From: Bacillus pumilus
GTDB lineage: Bacteria; Bacillota; Bacilli; Bacillales; Bacillaceae
Direction of reading: 5' to 3'
NCBI RefSeq assembly: GCF_009937765.1
Contig: NZ_CP047089.1
Coordinates: forward strand, 516,272-556,271
Length of the DNA stretch: 40,000 bases
Shown: positions 31,810 to 37,791 of the stretch, piece by piece
How the letters are laid out: each line of letters opens with the position of its first letter
Position numbering within the stretch: the first letter of the stretch is position 1
The notes under the pieces: generated by a model
Database searches by the model: none
The model's input: the letters and a program-made list of their open reading frames with translations, nothing else
What the model was told of the DNA's origin: nothing
Program-made: the position numbers and the translations under genes

Positions 31810-31837
31810 GAGGGTGTTGTCAGCACCCTCTTTTTTT
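31810..31837 (+). terminator. Hairpin GAGGGTG-N7-CACCCTC with a T-run only in the plus-strand orientation, overlapping the MTase stop codon
   Basis: Stems lie at 31810-31816 and 31824-31830, with T7 at 31831-31837. In the minus-strand sense there is no U-run after the stem. Confidence 0.45.
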
Positions 31838-32864
31838 ATTTAAACCATTGCAAATGTATCTGTTCTGCGATCCGTTTCATCATCACTGGCGGTACGCTCA
31901 TCCCGCAGACATACTGCACTGAAGCGTCCATAAAGTCATAATCCAGTGGGAAAGATTGCATCAGGATAATATCCCTTTCAGAGATATAATAAGGCTCATC
32001 ATATCTAATAAAGACAGAACCGCTTGCTAGTGTTGGCGGAACTAAACTGTTTTTAACTAATACTGTATTAAAATTCCGCTCTTTACCTTCTGTTCGTTTA
32101 GTGATGTCTCCAATGTTGCCATCGGACGGACGCCGCTTAATCCATCTTTTATATGTTTTACTTGATTCATTTAGCCTTGATCCATGTCCACTTCTAAACT
32201 CTCCATATGTGACCGGTGGTTCATTGAAAGCCAATTTCAACGGTGGCAGATTCAGGTCCTTTCTACGGCCAATAAAAAAGACCCGCTCTCTTCTTTGCGG
32301 GACTCCCATTGTGGCCGCGTTCAGCAAGAACAGCTGAACTTCATACCCGATTTCTTTTGCTCGCTCAATGACAAGTTTCACATACCCCTTTGCTTTTCCT
32401 TTGATCATGCCGCTTACGTTCTCGGCTACAAAGGTTTTGGGCTGCAAACGTTCTACAGCATCCAGGTAATGAAAGAACAGATCATCTAGTTTTTGGACAG
32501 CTTGTCCCTCTCTGAACGCTTTTTCTTTTCCCCAATCCTCTTCTCTTTTTCCGGCCGTTGAAAACACGCTGCATGGCGGCGATCCATCGAACACATCAAG
32601 ATTCTTTAGTTCTTCAGGAAGATCGGAGAGTGGGATCTGGTTAAACTCTCGAATGTCCATGAAATAAGGGTATTTCGGCTTGTGATTCTTTTTATAGATT
32701 TTCATCATTTGCGGATCGATCTCACAGTTTCCCAGCAATTCAAACCCTGCTAATTTGTAGCCCATTGAGGAGCCACCACCGCACGAGAATGTACTGAACA
32801 CTTTCAACCCATTGGAAGGGATGTTTTTAAGATCACTCAATTTCCATCTATAGTTCATGTTCAT
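31836..32864 (-). CDS. DNA (cytosine-5)-methyltransferase
   Basis: 342 aa with motif I FSTFSCGGGSSMG, motif IV GSPPCSVFS, motif VI FVAENV, motif VIII GVPQRRERVFFIG and motif X GMSVPP. Confidence 0.9.
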   Translation of the reverse strand: MNMNYRWKLSDLKNIPSNGLKVFSTFSCGGGSSMGYKLAGFELLGNCEIDPQMMKIYKKNHKPKYPYFMDIREFNQIPLSDLPEELKNLDVFDGSPPCSVFSTAGKREEDWGKEKAFREGQAVQKLDDLFFHYLDAVERLQPKTFVAENVSGMIKGKAKGYVKLVIERAKEIGYEVQLFLLNAATMGVPQRRERVFFIGRRKDLNLPPLKLAFNEPPVTYGEFRSGHGSRLNESSKTYKRWIKRRPSDGNIGDITKRTEGKERNFNTVLVKNSLVPPTLASGSVFIRYDEPYYISERDIILMQSFPLDYDFMDASVQYVCGMSVPPVMMKRIAEQIHLQWFK

Positions 32865-32872
32865 GCTGCCAC

Positions 32873-33391
32873 CTACTCATTAAAAGAGAATCCGCACTTA
32901 GGACATGTATGCTCAAATTGGTCATCTCCATATTCATCAAGATCGATCTCATGACTCTCAGATACTGCTCCACCTTGACCTGTATGTTCCAAATCATTCA
33001 GAACATCCTCTAATTCTGCGTCACTGAATCCAGTTAGGCTTAGATCATATCCAGATCCCTCTAAATCCTTCAGCAGTTCAGTAAGTTTATACTCATCCCA
33101 TTCACCGTCTATCTTATTCAATGCGATATTCAGTGCTTTTTCATCTTGTTCATTAAGCGATACAACTGATACAGGAATATCATTTGGATTTTCCTCCATC
33201 AATACTTTGAAACGTTGGTGACCTCCTACAAGGTGACCTGTCCGTTCATTCCATACTAAGGGATCAATGTATCCAAATTTTTTTATTGAGTTTTTCAGAG
33301 AGTCGTATTCTGGATCTCCTGGCTGCAGATCGATGCGGGGGTTATATGGTGATGGGTTAATTTTATGTACGGGAATTGTTTTGATATTCAT
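32873..33391 (-). CDS. ParB N-terminal (ParB/Srx-like nuclease) domain protein with a C-terminal zinc-ribbon motif
   Basis: 172 aa with IPVHKINPSPYNPR...LVGGHQRFKVL (ParB-like box) and a C-terminal CPKCGFSF. Confidence 0.75.
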   Translation of the reverse strand: MNIKTIPVHKINPSPYNPRIDLQPGDPEYDSLKNSIKKFGYIDPLVWNERTGHLVGGHQRFKVLMEENPNDIPVSVVSLNEQDEKALNIALNKIDGEWDEYKLTELLKDLEGSGYDLSLTGFSDAELEDVLNDLEHTGQGGAVSESHEIDLDEYGDDQFEHTCPKCGFSFNE

Positions 33392-33408
33392 CGCTGTTTC
33401 CTCCTACT

Positions 33409-33441
33409 AAAAACAAATGATGCCGCCCAGGAGGCGGCATC
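33409..33441 (-). terminator. Rho-independent terminator after the 114-aa cargo gene
   Basis: GATGCCGCC (33419-33427) pairs with GGCGGCATC (33433-33441), followed on the minus strand by ATTTGTTTTT. Confidence 0.75.
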
Positions 33442-33447
33442 AGCTGC

Positions 33448-33792
33448 TTACTTGATGTAAAATTCGTTTGTGTAGAATGTACCGACTGTTGCAACATGAT
33501 TGCCCTTTTTGTCGTAACGTTCCACATCAACTTTAAAGCGATAAGTGCCTTTTTTGTTACCTAGTGATTCCTTAATATCGAATTCATCGTACTGTTTCTC
33601 TGCTGGGTTCAGCGGGTTAGGTGAATTCGTTTTAATCGTAACCCATTTCCCCGCAACTTTTCGTTGAGGAATAAGGTTTGGCCCACAAAGGTAATCATTG
33701 TGATTCTGAACCGCAACAACCACAACCTTGTCCTTTCCTAAAATGTGATTCGCTTTTTTTGGATTAGCAGATACACCAAATTTTGATGCCAT
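33448..33792 (-). CDS. Hypothetical 114-aa protein (cargo), no family recognised
   Basis: The ORF is 33448..33801. I place the start at the third ATG (33792), 9 nt after AAGGGAG. The gene has its own terminator. Confidence 0.55.
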   Translation of the reverse strand: MASKFGVSANPKKANHILGKDKVVVVAVQNHNDYLCGPNLIPQRKVAGKWVTIKTNSPNPLNPAEKQYDEFDIKESLGNKKGTYRFKVDVERYDKKGNHVATVGTFYTNEFYIK

Positions 33793-33882
33793 GCTCATCA
33801 TCTCCCTTTTTATATTTTTGCGCTCCTATCCCTCACCAAAGCACGTGCAGCCATACACCCAAAAAGATGACTATTCCCATAA

Positions 33883-33903
33883 CAAAAACGCCCCAGAGGG
33901 ACG
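33883..33903 (-). terminator. Rho-independent terminator after the CotD-like gene
   Basis: On the minus strand CGUCCC-UCU-GGGGCG is followed by UUUUUGUU. Confidence 0.6.
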
Positions 33904-33928
33904 CTCAATATAAAAGTAAGATTCAATT

Positions 33929-34219
33929 TTATCTATTCACACGACGACAACAAGGATTTTTCAAGTCACTTCCACAATCGTACTCTTCAACACAGCACTC
34001 ATTCTCATACGATTCTGTCACTGGATAAAAATTCTCAATTTTTTTGATGTGTTTATTCACATTTGTAATATGAGTTGGATGAATTCGTCTGATTGTATTC
34101 TCACTAGTTGTTTTTTTGACGATATGACGTGTTGGTGAAACAATTGTTTCGTCCTTACAATTACAATGCTTTCTCCTACGAGAACCAAAGAAAAAATCGT
34201 CCATTCTGTTGCGGCTCAT
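33929..34219 (-). CDS. CotD-family (inner spore coat protein D-like) small Cys-rich protein
   Basis: 96 aa. The core IHPTHITNVNKHI...NFYP matches the CotD signature (V/I)HPTH..NVN...H..P. The C-terminus is Cys-rich: ECCVEEYDCGSDLKNPCCRRVNR. Confidence 0.6.
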   Translation of the reverse strand: MSRNRMDDFFFGSRRRKHCNCKDETIVSPTRHIVKKTTSENTIRRIHPTHITNVNKHIKKIENFYPVTESYENECCVEEYDCGSDLKNPCCRRVNR

Positions 34220-34253
34220 ATCAACACCCTTTCAACAGTTTTGACTTTCATCA

Positions 34254-34280
34254 CAGCATATGAAAAAATAGTCAGATTGT
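34254..34280 (-). promoter_or_regulatory. Sigma-K-like promoter candidate (AC-16 nt-CATATGCTG) upstream of the CotD-like gene
   Basis: The minus strand reads ggACaatctgactattttttCATAtgcTG, against the consensus AC-16/17-CATAnnnTA (one mismatch). It lies about 35 nt upstream of the ATG. Confidence 0.3.
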
Positions 34281-34327
34281 CCTCCACAAGTATCATTAAT
34301 AATGGAAAATTCCACTTATTAACCATG

Positions 34328-34507
34328 TTATTTTCTTCGGACCCGGCCGCCTTGTCGTTGATACGTTTCGCGTCTCGTTCCCATGATTTCTTCCCAATCT
34401 CGTGTCGTTATTGGATCAGCATCGTTCTCCTTCTTTCTATTAGAACCAGGAGCAATGCTTTTAAATTGCTTTAATGTCTCTTTAGAAACAGAATCCCTGA
34501 TCTTCAT
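34328..34507 (-). CDS. Hypothetical basic 59-aa protein (cargo)
   Basis: The ORF is 34328..34537. I place the start at ATG 34507, 8 nt after AAGGAG. Translation is MKIRDSVSKETLKQFKSIAPGSNRKKENDADPITTRDWEEIMGTRRETYQRQGGRVRRK. No family recognised. Confidence 0.5.
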   Translation of the reverse strand: MKIRDSVSKETLKQFKSIAPGSNRKKENDADPITTRDWEEIMGTRRETYQRQGGRVRRK

Positions 34508-34762
34508 TTCACTCGCTCCTTGCCGAATAAGCACCACCTTACGCTATTCGCTTAAATAGATTTTGATTTTGTAATGATGACTACACTCCGAGAGGATGCC
34601 AAGTACAGTCAATCATCAATTAAAATGAAAAACTGTCCTCGATACGGCCGCCGCAGACCAGCTGCTATCCAGGCTCAGAATGTCCCTCTCGTATGGCCAC
34701 ATTCCTCAACACCTTTGTTCCGTATCCAGATACGCCATTGATAAGGGAAAGACGCGTCTCCC

Positions 34763-34818
34763 AATAAAAAAGCGGACACCAATCAAGGCACTTAAAGTGC
34801 TCAATGATCAGCGTCCGC
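34763..34818 (-). terminator. Long branched hairpin plus U6 (minus strand) inside the ORF-poor spacer
   Basis: GCGGACAC (34772-34779) pairs with GCGTCCGC (34811-34818) as the outer stem, with a GCACT/AGTGC apical stem. A6 at 34766-34771 gives a U-run in the minus-strand sense. Confidence 0.5.
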
Positions 34819-34887
34819 AGGTTCTTCCTTCTGGACAAAATATTCACGTTCATTTGCTTGTCTCTATCATACGATGATCCGCTCAGG

Positions 34888-34950
34888 AAAAAAGGTCCCC
34901 TTTTTATCCCCCTTTTTGTCGGCTTTTCCTCGGTTTTTTGTCGGCTTTTT
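34888..34950. repeat. Phased A/T-tracts (predicted intrinsically curved DNA), including a 2x direct repeat TGTCGGCTTTTYCTCGG
   Basis: T-tracts start at 34901, 34913, 34924, 34934 and 34946 (spacing 10-12 bp), plus A6 at 34888-34893. Confidence 0.7.
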
Positions 34951-34963
34951 CTCGGCAATGCAA

Positions 34964-34993
34964 ATAAAAAAAGTGCCCATAAACATGGACACT
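34964..34993 (-). terminator. Rho-independent terminator after the immunity gene
   Basis: AGTGCCCAT (34972-34980) pairs with ATGGACACT (34985-34993), with one G-U pair, followed on the minus strand by U7. Confidence 0.75.
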
Positions 34994-34999
34994 TTAATT

Positions 35000-35488
35000 C
35001 TATAATTCCCAAAACGCTTCGCCTTCAGAATCAATATACTTCCGAAGGAAATTTTCAAAATCTACATCAAGGAGTCTATATTCTAAACCATCTTCAAATA
35101 GATAAAGGTTGGGATTTTCCTTATTTAGTATCAAGTAGCACCCTTCAAAAAGAGCGGCAATAGCTGTTCCATCAACCTGATCAAAAAAATCATTAGACAA
35201 CTCGGATTCGATTTCTTCTAAACTGAAAACGTGTAATCCTCCACCCACCTTTTGCCCAAAAACTATGTCTTCAAATATTCTTGCGCCATTATGTAGACAT
35301 AAAAACTCTTTGAGATCGTTAGGTAATGCATGATGTTTCTTTTCAAAACATTTTAGATTTTCTTTATCAGCTGGGGCATTGAAGGTACAGCACTTTTCAT
35401 AGACTTCGCCGTCTACCGAGTATTTGATGATGTTTTTATCATCTAATTGATTTTCAAGCTCTTCTAATATCTGCACGATCCTACTCAA
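35000..35488 (-). CDS. SMI1/KNR4 (SUKH-1) family immunity-type protein
   Basis: 162 aa, starting 12 nt after the toxin stop. It has the SUKH pattern ...HHALPNDLKEFLCLHNGARIFE... and an acidic C-terminal half. Confidence 0.7.
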   Translation of the reverse strand: MSRIVQILEELENQLDDKNIIKYSVDGEVYEKCCTFNAPADKENLKCFEKKHHALPNDLKEFLCLHNGARIFEDIVFGQKVGGGLHVFSLEEIESELSNDFFDQVDGTAIAALFEGCYLILNKENPNLYLFEDGLEYRLLDVDFENFLRKYIDSEGEAFWEL

Positions 35489-35499
35489 TCTTTCACCTT

Positions 35500-36468
35500 C
35501 TATCTATATCCTCTCCACCAAGGGGAAACCTCTTGTTGATGCAACGTTCTTGTGAGTACATATAAATTACCCATTTTATTATCTCCACCATATTCTAAAG
35601 GAATAACATGGTGTATGTCTGAGCCAGACCAATCCCATTTAGGATCGCCGTATTTACCAATATACCACCTGATATATTTATTACGGATATCCTTATCTCT
35701 CTTAACTCTATCTTCAGGCTTATACCATTTCATATTTGCTTTTGTTGGTGCTGGCAATGATTTACCACTATGACTATTATGAATTTGCGGATATTCATAA
35801 GCATTTTTATTAACTAGATATGTTTCTGTTGTACTTTGTTTAGTACCTGGGGCACTTCCGACCCAACCGGCTGTTAGTAAATCGGATTTGTACACAAATT
35901 TCGTTTTCACCATTTTATACGTTTTAGATGCTGTAGCACCAACTTTTATCTGAGAACCCGTAAATTCTTTTGTATAAGTTGAAATTGCGTTATATTTCCC
36001 CGCATAATCATCTCCTACAAATAGAGTGCTACCTACAATTACAATAACCGGCTTCGCTTTGCCAATAATACTACGAATTGTAGAACTATGAGTAATTGAC
36101 TTTTTCGATTGATCTAACTTAAACAATGTATCAATGACGATTGTATTAGCGACTTTGGTATTTGCGTCTGGAGTCTTTTTAGTACTCTTATTCTTGGTGG
36201 ATGGTTGAAGCACTACGGTGTCACCCTGTGGCATATTTCTTTGAGGTGGATCATGAGGTTGGTTTCTAAATTGTTGTCTTGCCTGGTCAATTATATCAGA
36301 TTTACTCTGTATTTCTTTTGCATGTCCATTTTCGTCAACTTCTAGTACATGTGTCTCTTTGTATGTTGTGATACCATCCTTTGATTGACTAGCTTCAGCA
36401 TCACTTGTCCATAACCATGCTGCCAACAGAAAAACCATAAAGAAAATCGAATAAGCAAATTTTTTCAT
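35500..36468 (-). CDS. Secreted protein with a C-terminal colicin-E9/E7-type H-N-H DNase motif (polymorphic-toxin-like)
   Basis: 322 aa. The Sec signal is MKKFAYSIFFMVFLLAAWLWTSDAEA|S. The C-terminus DIHHVIPLEYGGDNKMGNLYVLTRTLHQQ aligns with colicin E9 [32 protein letters not shown]: HH-xx-P, GG, N at +6, T at +5 and H at +9. I recognise no domain in the central region. Confidence 0.7.
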   Translation of the reverse strand: MKKFAYSIFFMVFLLAAWLWTSDAEASQSKDGITTYKETHVLEVDENGHAKEIQSKSDIIDQARQQFRNQPHDPPQRNMPQGDTVVLQPSTKNKSTKKTPDANTKVANTIVIDTLFKLDQSKKSITHSSTIRSIIGKAKPVIVIVGSTLFVGDDYAGKYNAISTYTKEFTGSQIKVGATASKTYKMVKTKFVYKSDLLTAGWVGSAPGTKQSTTETYLVNKNAYEYPQIHNSHSGKSLPAPTKANMKWYKPEDRVKRDKDIRNKYIRWYIGKYGDPKWDWSGSDIHHVIPLEYGGDNKMGNLYVLTRTLHQQEVSPWWRGYR

Positions 36469-36557
36469 ACCGATACTCCTTTTCCAAATTATTTACAACA
36501 AACCCAATATACAATATATGTATCTATTTATAAATGATCCTAAAATACCATATGTAC

Positions 36558-36590
36558 AAAAAACAGCACTCATATGATTCCGAGTGCTGT
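36558..36590 (-). terminator. Rho-independent terminator overlapping the ArpU stop codon
   Basis: ACAGCACTC (36563-36571) pairs with GAGTGCTGT (36582-36590), followed on the minus strand by TTTTTTG. Confidence 0.7.
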
Positions 36591-36953
36591 TGAAAGATTA
36601 AACGTCGCTTGCTTCTTCAATTTGTAATACCGGTCTTTCTTCAGACCCAGTTCTTCACACACCTCCAAATCCTTCACCACACGCGGTGTCAGGTATTTCA
36701 TCCGGATGATGTCTTGCTCAATTTCATCCAGGCTGTTTTCTAGCGCTCTTTCTATTTGCCGGACCTTCAGTTCATTTAAAACTTCCTGGTTCCTGAGAGA
36801 AGGAAAAAGCCCTGTTGCACCGTTTGCCTCCTGTTCCTTTCTGTTTTCTTCAAGAACCTTCAGTGCCCTATAGACCTTCAGCTCCTTGATCAGAGCATTC
36901 CGAACGTGTTTCTCATCGATCTCTGGCAGTAAGGATAATTGTTCAGCTCCCAT
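36570..36953 (-). CDS. ArpU-family phage late transcriptional regulator (sigma region-4-like C-terminus)
   Basis: 127 aa. The call rests on its position between the early and packaging genes and on the C-terminal HTH-like IIRMKYLTPRVVKDLEVCEELGLKKDRYYKLKKQATFNLSTALG. Confidence 0.6.
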   Translation of the reverse strand: MGAEQLSLLPEIDEKHVRNALIKELKVYRALKVLEENRKEQEANGATGLFPSLRNQEVLNELKVRQIERALENSLDEIEQDIIRMKYLTPRVVKDLEVCEELGLKKDRYYKLKKQATFNLSTALGII

Positions 36954-36970
36954 TTTCTCAACCTCCTATA

Positions 36971-37016
36971 AACAATGAAAGACATAGACCAGGGCAATTT
37001 TGCGCCGATCTATGTC
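36971..37016 (-). terminator. Hairpin plus T-rich tract upstream of the ArpU gene
   Basis: GACATAGA (36981-36988) pairs with TCTATGTC (37009-37016) across a 20-nt loop, followed on the minus strand by TTTCATTGTTTAT. Confidence 0.45.
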
Positions 37017-37028
37017 GTATAATTTTAT

Positions 37029-37391
37029 TCAGTTATTCGCAACCTGCATTGAAGAAGGATACAAAGCAGCTTCAACCTTTGCTAATATCCCTTTTTCGAT
37101 TTTATTTAAATAATGCCCGTTCATTTCAGTAAAAAGAATGTTGTCCTTGATGGCTGCTAGTTCTGATCTATCAAACAATAGTTCTTCTATTAAAATCCAC
37201 TCACCCATTTTTATAAATGCAACAATACAGTCAGCTTGATAAACATGTGATTCTACATCAATGTTATTTGTAATATCATACAAGTCTGTGTTTTCCCTTT
37301 TTGATGCAGTAAAGATCATATCAAGCAAACTTTCATTTCCTTCTTTGATTATTTTCTTTGATAATTTAAAACGAAACTGTTCTTTAAGCAT
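37029..37391 (-). CDS. Hypothetical 120-aa early protein
   Basis: The ORF has a GGGGGG-type SD. No family recognised. Confidence 0.5.
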   Translation of the reverse strand: MLKEQFRFKLSKKIIKEGNESLLDMIFTASKRENTDLYDITNNIDVESHVYQADCIVAFIKMGEWILIEELLFDRSELAAIKDNILFTEMNGHYLNKIEKGILAKVEAALYPSSMQVANN

Positions 37392-37418
37392 TCTACTCCC
37401 CCCTTATTATTGCGCGAT

Positions 37419-37763
37419 CTACAATAGATCAGGATATAGATCAGGATTTTGATAGATATTTCCGATGACCTCAAAAGTCTTCCCACAAAACAGATAATCA
37501 CGAAGTGGATGAGGTCGTTGGTCTCCTAAGTAACCAATTACGCAAAAACATCCATCATCAAAGACAACTTGTGCTGAGTTCTTTTGGTCATCAACTACGA
37601 TATCCCCCTCATAAATCTCAACGCCGTTTTTATCCTTCAATCCGGTGTACTGCATATAATCACCATGTTTATCAGCGAAAATTTCATTGATATCACCATC
37701 AAATGTGGGTTCCATCATCCCAATTCTACTTCCATACCAACCTCTAAACTTGATTTCTCTCAT
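37419..37763 (-). CDS. YopX-family phage protein
   Basis: The ORF is 37419..37814. I place the start at ATG 37763, after AGGAGGAGACAGA. MREIKFRGW...YTGLKDKNGVEIYEGDIV is the YopX signature. Confidence 0.8.
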   Translation of the reverse strand: MREIKFRGWYGSRIGMMEPTFDGDINEIFADKHGDYMQYTGLKDKNGVEIYEGDIVVDDQKNSAQVVFDDGCFCVIGYLGDQRPHPLRDYLFCGKTFEVIGNIYQNPDLYPDLL

Positions 37764-37791
37764 TCTGTCTCCTCCTAAGCCGCTAGGCTGT

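Noticed and set aside
34665-35012. The 115-aa minus-strand ORF from the track. The plus-strand ORFs 34680..34877 and 34804..35163 were also considered.
   Set aside because: The ORF begins inside the immunity gene's terminator hairpin and reads through poly-A/T tracts. It has no SD, and its composition and sequence look non-protein-like. The internal Met (MNVNIL..., 62 aa) also lacks an SD. I treat the region as non-coding.
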